Shown in pieces: positions 20,887-32,874 of a stretch of 64,000 bases of DNA. The position numbers were made by a program, and so were the translations under genes. Numbering within the stretch: the first letter of the stretch is position 1; each line of letters begins with the position of its first letter. The notes beneath the pieces are model-generated. The model was not told the DNA's origin. It saw only the letters and a program-made list of their open reading frames with translations, and searched no databases. The stretch lies in the NCBI RefSeq assembly GCF_011386835.1, contig NC_088794.1, positions 2,976,001 through 3,040,000 of the forward strand. Direction: 5' to 3'. The DNA comes from Chrysemys picta bellii. Its lineage: Eukaryota.

Positions 20887-21327
20887 TCCCATCAATGGCC
20901 CTCATACAACTGGAGAACCTCAACGGAGCAAACCCACGAGCACCCTCGTCTGCACGGCTGGGGTTGCCAGTTTGGGTTGGACGTATTCCTGGAGGTTTGA
21001 TCATCACTCTACTTTCCTGTCCTCCTGCAGTGCACCCTAGGAAAAAATCCCACCAGGCACAGGGCCATGCACCGGGGAAACCGGCTCCGGTTGTGGTACA
21101 GCTGTCGGGGAAAGCGCAGACCTGCGAGGGAAGAAGCTTAAACAGGAGTAAACAGAGCGGTGGAGACGAGGTGTGTTTTGCTACAGCGATTCCCCGTTAG
21201 TGGCAGCAGAAAAGCACATGGGGAATATTTGCCGGCCTAGGTAGACAAGGCCACGCGCACGATGCTCCACGGAGCTCCTGGCTAAAGGCAGCCCTGGATT
21301 GCTGCGGCCCCTCCTCGCTCTGGGGCC

Positions 21328-21341
21328 TCACAAGTGCAGCA
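21328..21341 (-). CDS. ART copy B last coding exon (VLHL*); polyA signal AATAAA at 20319-20324 on the minus strand
   Basis: ctaacg...ctccccgcag acceptor. The polyA context caataaac..cccgcattgcaa matches copy A. Confidence 0.8.
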
Positions 21342-21499
21342 CTGCGGGGAGACACAGACACGCCCCACGTTAGACAGCAGGACACCCCTCAGCCACAGCC
21401 AAGACCCCACTTAGCAGAGCCTGGTCAGTTCTATTCTTCCCCCGGCATGGGGGGTAGTTGGGGTACACGGATGTGCCTAAACTCAACCAGGGGGTCAGT

Positions 21500-22130
21500 G
21501 GCTGAGCCGGGAAAAGAACCCAGGAGTCCTGGCTCCCAGCCCCCCTGCGCTAACCCACCAGCCCCCACTCCCCTCCCAGAGCCAGGGAGAGAACCCAGGA
21601 ATCCTGGCTCCCAGCCCCCCCTGCTCTAGCCCCTAGACCCCACTCCCCTCCCAGAGCTGGGGAGAGAACCCAGGAGTCCTGGCTCCCAGCCCCCCCTGCT
21701 CTAACCCCTAGACCCCACTCCCGTCCCAGAGCCAGGGAGAGAACCCAGGAGTCCTGGCTCCCAGCCCCCCTGCGCTAACCCACCAGCCCCCACTCCCCTC
21801 CCAGAGCCAGGGAGAGAACCCAGGAATCCTGGCTCCCAGCCCCCCCTGCTCTAACCCCTAGACCCCACTCCCCTCCCAGAACTGGGGAGAGAACCATGGA
21901 GTCCCGGCTCCCAGCCCCCCCGCTCTAACTAGGGTGACCAGACGTCCCAATAAAATTCTTCCCCCGGCATGGGGGGTATTTGGGCACACGGATATGCCTA
22001 AACTCAACCAAGAAGTCAGTGGCTGAAGTGGGGAAATAACCCAGGAGTCCTGACTCCCAGCCCCCCTGCTCTAACCACTAGACCCCACTCCTCTCCCAGA
22101 GCTGGGGACAGAACCCAGGAGTCCCGCAAC
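21500..22130. repeat. ~76-bp satellite array, C-rich strand on +
   Basis: Visible tandem units; begins from a MIR-like segment at 21470. Confidence 0.9.
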
Positions 22131-22187
22131 TACTGGCTCTACCCTCCCACCCACAACCTGCCCAGCCGAGGGTTGAGCCCCTCGTAC

Positions 22188-22223
22188 CTTGGTGAGGAGG
22201 GCATTTCTTCAGATTGGGGTCTC
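22188..22223 (-). CDS. ART copy B 36-nt micro-exon (GDPNLKKCPPHQ)
   Basis: ctattttccag acceptor and GTACGA donor, phase 1-1. Confidence 0.8.
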
Positions 22224-22405
22224 CTGGAAAATAGGAAAGAGGCAGTTCATTTTCCTTGTCACCCTGAGACACCCCATCCCCTTCCCTGCGGCTGGACTGA
22301 AGCCGGCGCCTCCTAGTGGGGAAAGGCCCCGTGTCTCACTGAGCCAGTTCTTAACCCCCTGGTGGAACTCCATAGCTCACGTCCCTCCTGCCTCCCCATC
22401 CTCAC

Positions 22406-23132
22406 CTTTCCCTGTGTAGGCGCAGTTGTGGTTGCTGCAGACCCCCACCGACTTGGCATAGACAGCCTGCCTCGTCCATGTGCGCTTGATCTCAGTGACC
22501 AGGAACATCTCAGAGGGCAGCACCAACACCTCTTCTTCTTTAGGGAAGGGGGACAGGTCCTGAACCGCATACCCGATGCAGGAAACCAGGATGAATATGG
22601 TCTTTTTGCCGAAATTGGTTGCCACCGTCAAGCTCTTTGAGGTGGAAGTGAACTGGCCAAAGCGGAACAAGCGTCTGTAGGTGACGGAGAACATTACGTC
22701 AGTTCCTCTGTAGACGATGGCACAACTGGGAGTTATCCCCCAGATGTCTTTGGGTGCCCGGGTCAGCAGGAAATGCAAAGCCTTGAAGGGGTAGCTGGCG
22801 TAGGCATCGGGTCCCGTCCAGCCCGTCCTGGTGGCGGTGTCGAAGTCCTTGTACAGAGGCGGGTCTTTTAAGGTGTAGGCCATCACTGCAACGCTGCAGA
22901 AAGCTCTCATCGTGTTGGGGAAGATTAACATATTCTTCTTCCTCATCCACTCCTCCTTGGCCTTGTTCCAAGCCAGGTGGAAGTTCTTGTTCTTGGTCAG
23001 CTCGTTTTTTAACAGGGACAGGAGTTGTTGCCTCATGGCAGGCGTGCAGCCTTCGTACAGGTCATCCACCGAGGAGAAGGCCAAATCGAGCGTGGGGTTT
23101 CCTTCTCCCACGCCGGTCCCGGGGGGGCTGGC
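22406..23132 (-). CDS. Ecto-ADP-ribosyltransferase (ARTC family) copy B, catalytic exon
   Basis: DDLYEGC, FKALHFLLTRA, VYRG, RFGQFTSTS, FPKEEEVLVLPSE, CSNHNC. ctcctag acceptor in frame, GTGAGG donor. Confidence 0.93.
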
Positions 23133-23269
23133 CTAGGAGAGGGTTTGGCTCATGGTCAGGTGTGACACGAGGCGCATGGGGACGTCATTTAATTCATTCC
23201 GGTCGCTCATGCTGGGAAGAAGGTGGGGCTGATTGCAACGGGAATGGCCAACTCTAGTGGTCGGAGCAG

Positions 23270-23720
23270 GGAAGGTATTGGAGGAGCCAGAACACCTGGG
23301 TTCTCTCTCCGGCTCTGGGAGGGGAGTGGGGTCTAGTGGGTTAGAGCGGGGGGGGGGAGGGGGCTAGGAGCTAGGATGCCTGGGTTCTATCCCCAGCTCT
23401 AGGAGGGGAGTGGGGTCTAGTGGGTTAGAGAAGGGGGCTGGGAGCCAGGACTCCTGGATTCTGTCCCTGGCTCTGGGAGGGGAGTGGGGTCTAGTGGTTA
23501 GAATGGGGGTGCTGGGAGCCAGGACTCCTGGGTTCTCTCCCCAGCTCTGGGAGGGGAGTGGGGGTCTAGTGGTTAGAATGGGGGGGGGGGAGCTGGGAGC
23601 CAGGACTCCTGGGTGCTATCCCCGGCTCTGGGAGGGGAGTGGGGGCTAGTGGTTAGAGCAGGTGGGGCTGGGAGCCAGTACTCCTGGGTTCTCTCCCTGG
23701 CTCTGGGAGGGGAGTGGGAT
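23270..23720. repeat. ~76-bp satellite array
   Basis: Visible tandem units. Confidence 0.85.
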
Positions 23721-23924
23721 CTACCGATTCGAGGGAGCTCAGCGCCTGGCTGGTCCTTGGGCACGAGCATAATCAACAGGGTGAATCTGGCCCCAGGCCC
23801 ATCTCGCACGGGGTCCGTGGCTACGCTCCGGGCGCTGCAGGGAATACCGCCGCAGCATCGTAGTGGAGACGCGACTGACTCCCCCTCGCCGAGAGACAGG
23901 AGCGAGGCCCAGGGAAGAGTTCTT

Positions 23925-24039
23925 AGCTGCGTCTACACTGGTGGGTGGGTTGGCTTAACGACAGGGCTCAGGGGGGTGAGTTTTTCACCCCCCCGAGCGA
24001 TGGCACAAGGGGGATCCACATTTTAAGTGTAGATCTGGC
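23925..24039. mobile_element. Harbinger-type MITE
   Basis: Imperfect TIRs gcgtctacact / agtgtagatc. A related fragment lies at ~42550-42720. Confidence 0.6.
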
Positions 24040-24104
24040 GTGTGTGTCTGTGCAGTGCCTGACACAACGGGGGCCCCGAAGTCGGTCAGGGTCTGTGCAG
24101 TGCC

Positions 24105-26100
24105 TGACACATGCCCCGCTCCCCCTGGCCCCCCATCCAACTCCCCCGCTCCTTGTCCCCTGACCGCCCCCTCCCGGGACCCCCCGTCCCTAACCGCCCC
24201 CCTGGGATCCCACCCCCCATCCAACTCCCCCGCTCCTTGTCCCCTGACCGCCCCCTCCCGGGACCCCCCGTCCCTAACCACCCCCCTGGGATCCCACCCC
24301 CCATCCAACTCCCCCGCTCCTTGTCCCCTGACCGCCCCCTCCCGGGACCCCCCGTCCCTAACCACCCCCCTGGGATCCCACCCCCCCATCCAACTCCCCT
24401 GCTCCTTGTCCCCTGACCGCCCCCTCCCGGGTCCCCCCGCCCCTAACCACCCCCCTGGGATCCCACCCCCCCATCCAACTCCCCCGCTCCTTGTCCCCTG
24501 ACCCCCCCTCCCGGGACCCCCCGTCCCTAACCGCCCCCCTGGGATCCCACCCCCCATCCAACTCCCCCGCTCCTTGTCCCCTGACCGCCCCCTCCCGGGA
24601 CCCCCCGTCCCTAACCGCCCCCCTGGGATCCCACCCCCCATCCAACTCCCCCGCTCCTTGTCCCCTGACCGCCCCCTCCCGGGACCCCCCGCCCCTAACC
24701 ACCCCCCTGGGATCCCACCCCCTATCCCACCCCCCCTGCTCCTTGTCCCCTGACCGCCCCCTCCCGGGACCCCCCGTCCCTAACCACCCCCCTGGGATCC
24801 CACCCCCTATCCAACCCCCCCCTGCTTCCTGTCCCCTGCCTGCCCCGCCCTCTATCCACACCCCTTCCCCCTGACAGCCCCCCCTGGGACTCCCACCCCC
24901 TATCCAACCCCCCCTGCTCCCTGTCCCCTGACTGCCCGCCCCCTATCCACACCCCTGCCCCCTGACAGCCCCCCCTGGGACTCCCACCCCCTATCCAACC
25001 GCCCTCTGCTCCTTGTCCCCTGACTGCCCCTTCCTGGGATCCCACCCCCTTATTCAACCCCTCCTGCTCCCTGTCCCCTGCCTGCCCCGCCCTCTATCCA
25101 CACCCCTTCCCCCTGACAGCACCGCCTGGGACTCCCACCCCCTATCCAACCGCCCTCTGCTCCTTGTCCCCTGACTGCCCCTTCCTGGGACCCCCCGCCC
25201 CTAACCGCCCCCCCTGGGACCCCACCCCCTATCCAACCCCTCCTGCTCCCTGTCCCCTGACTGCCCCCTCCTGGGACCCCTCGCCCCTAACCGCCCCCCC
25301 TGGGACCCCACCCCCTATCCAACCCCTCCTGCTCCCTGTCCCCTGACTGCCCCCTCCTGGGACCCCTCGCCCCTAACCGCCCCCCCCTGGGATCCCACCC
25401 CCTATCCAACCCCCCCTGCTTCCTATCCCCTGCCTGCCCCGCTCCCTATCCACACCCCTGCCCCCTGACAGCCCCCCCTGGGACTCCCACCCCCTATCCA
25501 ACCGCCCTCTGCTCCTTGTCCCCTGACTGCCCCTTCCTGGGACCCCCCGCCCCTAACCGCCCCCCCTGGGACCCCACCCCCTATCCAACCCCTCCTGCTC
25601 CCTGTCCCCTGACTGCCCCCTCCTGGGACCCCTCGCCCCTAACCGCCCCTCCTGGGATCCCACCCCCTATCCAACCCCTCCTGCTCCCTGTCCCCTGACT
25701 GCCCCTTCCTGGGACCCCCCGCCCCTAACCGCCCCCCTGGGACCCCACCCCCTATCCAACCCCTCCTGCTTCCTGTCCCCTGCCTGCCCCGCCCCCTATC
25801 CACACCGCTTCCCCCTGACAGCCCCCCCGGGACTCCCACCCCCTATCCAACTGCCCTCTGCTCCTTGTCCCCTGACTGCCCCTTCCTGGGACCCCCCGCC
25901 CCTAACCGCCCCCCTGGGACCCCACCCCCTATCCAACCCCCCCTGCTCCCTGTCCCCTGACTGCCCCGCCCCCTATCCACACCCCTGCCCCCTGACTGCC
26001 CCCTCCAGGGTCCCACCCCCCTATTCAACCCCTCCTGCTCCCTGTCCCCTGACTGCCCCGACTCCTATCCACACCCCCTGACAGCCCCCCCCGGGACTCC
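24105..26100. repeat. C-rich minisatellite (~75-90-bp units, ccctgaccgccccctcccgggacccccc...cccacccc[c/ta]tccaac), probably the expanded interior of a non-autonomous hAT element ending near 26340
   Basis: About 2 kb of visible tandem units; hAT-like end motif cgggccgtagtttgccc at ~26317. Confidence 0.8.
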
Positions 26101-26399
26101 CACTCCTAACCCTTCTTGTTCCCCATCCCCTGACTGTCCCCCAGGAACCCCCGCTCCCCGCCCCCAGACCAGCAGCAGGAGCTCGCAGCCGCGACACCCG
26201 GCCAGAGCCAGCTGCGTTCCCCACGCTGCCCAGCGGGAGTGACTGGGCAGCGTGTCCCGCTCCGGCCGGGAGTTCAGGGGCCGGGTAGGACAGTCACGCG
26301 GGCCGGATGTGGCCCACGGGCCGTAGTTTGCCCTCATCTCCTCTAGTGGTCACCTATTTTTTATAGATTGCTGGAAAATGAGGTGTAGGGTGTGTCACT

Positions 26400-26750
26400 G
26401 GAATAGAACGCAGGAGTCCTGGCTCCCAGCCCTCCCTGCTCTAACCACAAGACCCCACTCCCCTCCCAGAGCTGGGGAGAGAACCCAGGAGTCCTGGCTC
26501 CCAGCCCCTCCTGCTCTAACCACAAGACCCCACTCCCCTCCCAGAGCCAGGAGAGACCCAGGAGTCCTGGCTCCCAGCCCCCCCTGCTCTAACCACAAGA
26601 CCCCACTCCCCTCCCAGAGCTGGGGAGAGAACCCAGGAGTCCTGGCTCCCAGCCCCCCTGCTCTAACCACAAGACCCCACTCCCCTCCCAAAGCTGGGGA
26701 GAGAACCCAGGAGTCCTGGCTCCCAGATTCCCTCCCCACAAACCACTAGA
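26400..26750. repeat. ~76-bp satellite array
   Basis: Visible tandem units. Confidence 0.9.
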
Positions 26751-26872
26751 CACCATAGCCTGACATTTTCCATGCAGAAAACCTTCCCCTGTTCTTCAGG
26801 ACATCTGTGTGGGATGGGTGAGATGCAGCCACCTCTGGGGCGGGGCAAGGATACTGTATTGAAGCCACTTAC

Positions 26873-26941
26873 CTCTGCGGTTCCAGCAGGCAGCAGCCAA
26901 GCCGCAGTGAAAAGCAGGAGGGCGATTTTCTCGGGGGACAT
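26873..26941 (-). CDS. ART copy B signal-peptide exon
   Basis: MSPEKIALLLFTAAWLLPAGTAE followed by a GTAAGT donor; 20 of 23 residues identical to copy A. Confidence 0.85.
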
Positions 26942-27211
26942 CCTGGTATCTGATCTCCGAATAATTCACTGAGGGGCTTCAGCTGAAAAAACTAGAATGA
27001 CCAGGAGTCAGAATAGCCAGAAATGTAGGAACATTCCCCTCTAGGGGGCGCTGGCTCCCATCCACCTCCTGGGGTCAAGATGGCTCAGGGGTGGGGTGGG
27101 GAATGGGATACGGGGCCTTTCTAAAGGGAGCCAGCTCCAATCCTGCCCCAGGGCAGGGGACTGGCTGGCTCCGGGGAGGGGGATGGGACATGGGGCTCTA
27201 TTGGAGGGTTA

Positions 27212-27523
27212 CAGCTTGGCCAACTCTCATGATTTTGTCATGAGTCTCATGCTAATTCTTGTTTTCCATAAAGCCCCAGCTCCTGGAGTCAGGTGGATAC
27301 GTGACGCCGTCAGCCTTCGTTCATAAAGGAAAAGGCAGTTTCCAGCCCTGGTGGCTGTGGAGAAAGTTTCCAAATGTGACCCCAGTGTACCCTAGAGGCT
27401 CCGAAAGCAGAATGCAAATCAAAAGAACCCGAAAGTTTGTTGTTTTTACAGAATCTCACGGTTTGAAAGCCAATCTCATGAGTTCTGCTGAGCCGGACAC
27501 TCAGTTTGGGATTGGCAATTCTG
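27212..27523. mobile_element. hAT-type MITE in the first intron of ART-B
   Basis: Imperfect TIRs cagcttggccaac / ttggcaattctg with subterminal ctcatga repeats at both ends; absent from copy A. Confidence 0.6.
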
Positions 27524-27537
27524 GGGTGATCTCTTAC

Positions 27538-27590
27538 CTGCCACTCTCTGTCTGCGTCCTCCCGATGGCATTGGGCTGCAGGGTTTTAAT
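27538..27590 (-). promoter_or_regulatory. TATA-like box and non-coding exon 1 of ART copy B
   Basis: Minus strand cattaaaacc...cagacagagagtggcag|GTAAGAG aligns with copy A tataaaacc...cagacagagagcgggag|GTAAGAG. Confidence 0.7.
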
Positions 27591-27829
27591 GACAGCTCTT
27601 GGGCGGGGGGGCGGGGGGGGGGGACATGTTATCAAGATCTTCGTTATTGGCAAGAAACGTGGCTGTTACTGAAACACCCAAATTTGGCAACTTTGGGTTT
27701 AACGGGCTGATTTTATCTGACACCCCTTTACAGCATTTCCCTACCTCGGCTCCTGGGCCAAGCTCATTGCTCAGATGTTCAAATCTTGCAGGAGTTTGGG
27801 GTTGAAATATCTCCCCCTCCAAAGGGGTC

Positions 27830-28270
27830 CCAGGAGTCCTGGCTCCCAGCCCCCCCTGCTCTAACCCACTAGCCCCCACTCTCCTCCCAGAGCTGGGGAG
27901 AGAACCCAGGAGTCCTGGCTCCCAGCCCCCACCTCTCTAACCCACCAGCCCCCACTCCCATCCCAGAGCTGGGGAGAGAACCCAGGAGTCCTGGCTCCCA
28001 GCCCCCCCTGCTCTAACCCACTAGCCCCCACTCCCCTCCCAGAGCTGGGGAGAGAACCCAGGAGTCCTGGCTCCCAGCCCCCCCCTGCTCTAACCCACCA
28101 GCCCCCACTCCCCTTCCAGAGCTGGGGAGAGAACCCAGGAGTCCTGGCTCCCAGCTCCCCCCTGCTCTAACCCACTAGCCCCCACTCCCCTCCCAGAGCT
28201 GGGGAGAGAACCCAGGAGTCCTGGCTCTGAGCCCCCACTTCTCTAACCCACTAGCCCCCACTCTCCTCCC
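27830..28270. repeat. ~76-bp satellite array
   Basis: Visible tandem units. Confidence 0.9.
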
Positions 28271-28309
28271 AGAGCCGGGGATAGGAAACAGGTGGAGTCC
28301 TGCAACTAC

Positions 28310-29300
28310 TAATGGTCTCCAGCCTCAAGTGCGTCTCTGTTTCCTCCTGCGTGCCACACACTGTTCCTGACAATGCAGCCCCACGTCTCGAAAGCCAGGA
28401 ACGCTTCCAGCCGCCCATCCCCCAGCTCCGCGCAAGGCCTGTGCCGCGCTCCGCAAGTCGATGTGGGGCGAGGGGGATCCGCTGCCAGCCTGAGCGCCAG
28501 GTCCCTCCATCCACCCTTGAGTCTCCCCAGCCCGCACGGCACTGCCCGCGCTCAGAGCAGAACGGAAAAGCTCCTTCCCACCGCCCGGGTGTCCCGTGAA
28601 CGGCTCCAGCACCCACAGGAGCGGCCAGAGAAGCTGGTGCCCAGCTGGGCTTGGAAGCAAACATCCCTTTTCTTCCTGGGCTGCGTTTCGGAAGGCCTCC
28701 GCATCATGGACCTTTGTTGACCACCCCAATATTAGGGAACCTACCGTGGTGGCCAGCCAGGCCTCAGAGCGTCACGGGGATATCCCTCTTCTCTTGACAA
28801 CCCCTGGGGCCCGGTGGGTGGGTGGGCGGGGGCAGAGCCTGGGTCCCATCAGTGGTCCCAGTATAACAGGAGGACAGAAGATGTTCAGGTCCATCAGTAA
28901 CCTCCTGGGCAGTGCCACATTTCATGATCCAGGCCATCAGCCCTCGCTCCAGAGCAGAGCAGGGCCTCTCAGAGCAGACCCGGCGGTTGGTTGACCGGTG
29001 ACAACTGATGGGTAGAGCCACTCGCTTTTCCATGCTGAGGGCGTCTGCCATGGAGGTGTTCGGCTGCTGCCGATCCCGGCTGGGCGCTGAACCGATCTAA
29101 GAGGAATCGTGGGAATGATTCGCTGTGACCCCAACCCCCCTACAATTCCACTCCTGCAACGCGCAGCCCGAGAGAGCCCAGCATACAGACGGCTCCACAA
29201 CACCCACCACAAGTGGCAAGGGTGGCCTAAGAGAAGACGCACTTCTCACCATTTCCAACATCAGGTGGGTTCTAAGATAGACGCCCATCTCTAACCCCTC
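28310..29300 (-). mobile_element. Heavily degraded PIF/Harbinger transposase (HARBI1-like DDE)
   Basis: Frame-shifted motifs ALSMEKRVA, TDGTQ (cf. AIDGTH), GWSTKVHDA (cf. GWxGKVHDA), PFTGH and GRLKGGWR appear in the expected order. Confidence 0.7.
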
Positions 29301-29349
29301 ACCGGGCAAATCGCTCTACTGACAATCACAGGACTCCAGGCACCTCCGT

Positions 29350-30950
29350 CTGGAAGGGAACTTGGGAGGTCATCTAGTCCAACCCCCTGCTCAAAGCAGG
29401 ACCAATCCCCAACTAAATCATCCCAGCCAGGGCTTTGTCAAGCCTGACCTTAAAAACCTCTAAGGAAGGAGATTCTACCACCTCCCTAGGGAACCCATTC
29501 CAGTGCTTCACCACCCTCCTAGTGAAATAGTGTTTCCTAATATCCAACCTAGACCTCCCCCACTGCAACTTGAGACCTCTGATCATTTTTGTTGCTCTTC
29601 TCCGGACTCTCTCCAATTTGTCCTGATCTTTCTGAAAGTGCGGTGCCCAGGCTTGGACACAGGATATCAGCTGAGGCCTCACCAGTGCCAAGAAGCGTTG
29701 TCTTCAGCATGTGCCAAGAACTCATTGGCTATTTTGCGTTACTTTTCCAGTGGCTGGCTGGCTGGGTGGCTCAAGGCTCCCATTACTACAAAGTATTGTG
29801 GTTGGGATCTTTCGTGAGTTGTTCTAGAAATGCCTCTTCCACCCCCTGATTTGGTGGTCTACAGTAGATCCCTACCATGACCTTGTCCCCTATTTCCACC
29901 CTCCCCTGATTGTATCTTCACCCAGAGGCTTTCAACAGGGATCGGTCTGGACCTCAGAACAAGTATATACATTTCGGATATATAAGGCAACACCCCCTCC
30001 CTTTTTTTCTTGCTTGTTCTTCCTCAACAATCGTCCCCTCTAGACCAATATTCCCGGCATGAGATTCATCCGACCAGCTCTCTGGGATGCCAATGAAGGC
30101 ATGATTGACCTTCTGTACCAAGACTTCCAGTTCTTCCCGTTTCTTCCCCATACTCCGAGCATGTGTGTAGAGATGTCTAAGATGTTGTTGCTCCTAAGAC
30201 GCTATTGTAATTTTCCATGTCCCCACCCCCAATGATTAACCATCTGTTAAGGTCACCTTTTTTTATACCTGTCTGTGGGCTTTTGTCAGCTGCCATCTTT
30301 GAAGCTAATTCAAAGCCCACCTGATTACGTTGGGGAATCAGTGCGTGAACATGCTCTTCCCCTTCTTGGCCAGGTGGACCCCATCTCTATGCCCCCTCAG
30401 ACGGTGTCTCCAACCACCAGCACCCAATGTCTTCTCTTGGATGTGGTGGCCAAGAACCTCCCAGCCTGGGGGAGCAGGTTCCTTCTTCTCAGCCACTAGG
30501 ATCTGCTTCTCTCCTCCAGTCACCACTCCAGCATCCTGGGGGACCTGGCTGGAGGGTGGAGCTCTGTGGCCAGCAGGCAGCATCCTCCCCAGAGAGGAGC
30601 CGGTTCTCCTTCCTCTTTGGTGCTGCTGTAGTTTTCTCTAGTCAGCCAGCATTCCCCATCCCAGATGTCTCCACAGGCATCCTGTCCACATTGTCCTCAT
30701 GTCCTGGATGCTAAGCAACCAAGCCATCTCCTTCTGCCGTTCTTACCCGCTTCCTGTCACCAAAAAAACCCTCTCACGCTGGTTGGTTCCCCCTGCCTAG
30801 GTCTATACGGCAGGGGGGTTCTGGCTGCATTCCCAGCAAGTCAAGACCAGGACCCTGTTTCCTGTCTGGTCAGGCACCTTGTCTCCCTCTGTGGGTTCTT
30901 CCTTCTAGAGTGCCTGTAAAATCAATGAAAACCCCTCTAGCTCTCCTGCC
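29350..30950 (-). mobile_element. Internally deleted CR1: ORF1 esterase fragment, ORF2 endonuclease start and 3' end
   Basis: DGVHLAKKGKS (ORF1), GKKREELEVLVQ...IGIPESW (endonuclease) and LDIRKHYFTRRVVKHWN (RT 3' end). Confidence 0.85.
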
Positions 30951-32874
30951 GAACTCCGGTCGTCTCGTAGCTGCCTCAGTCTTTCCAGCCATTGACCTCC
31001 TGTGTGCTTTTTAAGAGAACGAATCCTTTCCAAACCCAACCCCCCCCCACCAAATTAAAGTTTTTTGCCTAGGAATTTCCTTAGTTTTTTAAAAAAGAAA
31101 TTCTCTGCCTAAAAGGATCTTTCTTCTAATGGCAAAACCGCCTGCTAAAGGTCCATCTCAAATGGACTTTGAAGGTAAGGATTCGTAACGACACCCTTCA
31201 CGTCACAACGTTTCTGTCTTGGAATTTCCTTTTATTTGCAGAAAGGCAGGGTCTTCTAACACGCTACCTCTTCCTATCTATCAATAGTGTCTTCAAGGTA
31301 AACATGGGTAAAGGGTGTTCTCCTTTGGGGTATATGGCCTTTACCCACATCTCAATGGGGAAATATCAAATCTACCGTACCCACTTCTTTTCTTTAACCC
31401 CCTACACCATGTCTGTATATAAAGAATGGCTGTATTCTTCAGTGGAAACCAAATGAGATGAAATCAAATCAGACATCAAGGAGCCAAGGACTATGGTTAA
31501 CAATTTACTGCCTTTATTCACCATCACAAAGTTTTTTGGCTGAGAATTTCCTTAGTTTTTATTTTGTAAACGTACAGTGTAAAGCCCTCTGTCCAGGCGT
31601 AAAGGTGGAGTTTGATTCTGCAGAGCAAATGAAGCTAAGGGAAAAGCAAAGCAGACCCCAGTTCTCGGCCGTTGGTGGTTAAACGTTTAAGCGGACGTTT
31701 TATTTGCTTCAGTGGCATAAAGCGTTTCAAACATTCACTCTTGGGACTAAGTAGTGCAGCTGTGATTGAGGCTGGTCAGTGGGGACAGCTTGGGACTGGC
31801 ATGAATGGTGGTTGCAGAGGTATTGTAATGCTCGAGGGAAATTTGAAAGCCTGCTACACGTGACTCAGTTTCCCTTTCCACATTCTATTGCTACCCGCTG
31901 GGTGAGAAGGGTTTCAGTTGTTCCGGGGCATGAGGGCAGGATGGCCAACCCGGGTAGACCCCGGCGATGGATCCCAAACCCCTGAGATGCAACATCTATA
32001 AGACAGGGAATAAATTGGCCAGCTGCCCAGTGAAGGTCTAACTCGGGTGTGTGTGTGTGTATGAATGCCGCCCCCCCCGCCCCAGTTAGGGTGCCTGGAT
32101 CAAAGACACACTTGATATGGGGAGGGGCACAAAGAGGTCAGGTTGCATGATGGGAAATAATCTGGACACCAGCACCTGACCCATGGGCCCAGCCCAGCAC
32201 GCTGCTGCCTCTGGCTTGGCAAGGAGAAGTGTCGTGTCCCCCCCAGCCCCCCCGCTAGGGCAGACGTGAGTGGAGCTAGGGAAGAGGTGTCTTCCAAAAA
32301 TGGGGAAACTGAGGCACAACTACTTGAGCTGGAGGCCCCAAAGCTGGGACTCCTGGCTTCAAATGCCCCCCCAGAGTGAGTGCCATGCGCGGCGTGTGGG
32401 GGGGGGGTCTTCATTCTGAGCCACACATGGGTTGTGAACCAGTTTTTTCCAACACGCACACACTGCCCCGATTCCCTCCAGCAGGGGGCAGCACTGCACG
32501 CATGTAGAACTCCCTCCCCGCGCACACACACAACATATATAGCTCGTTTTATTCCATTTCTGCCTTGGAAACATTCACGACTGAAAAGCGTCTGTATCCC
32601 CTGCCCGCAGCAAACCAGGCGTGTTATTGTTCCACACGGGCTGAGGGTGTGATTATCAACACCCTTGTGTCTCCAGTCCCCCGCTTTTCTCTCCTCCCCG
32701 CACTGCTCTATTTTCATTTGCCATCTATCCATATACTACCCGCAGGGCGACACCGTTCTGTGGTGTATTAGAATGCATTAAACCCAGCCATTAGTATTAA
32801 ATAGTTATATGAATTAGTAAATAATAGTTATTAAAAACAACAAAAGAAGATGAAAGGAATTGTCCTTATTCCCC

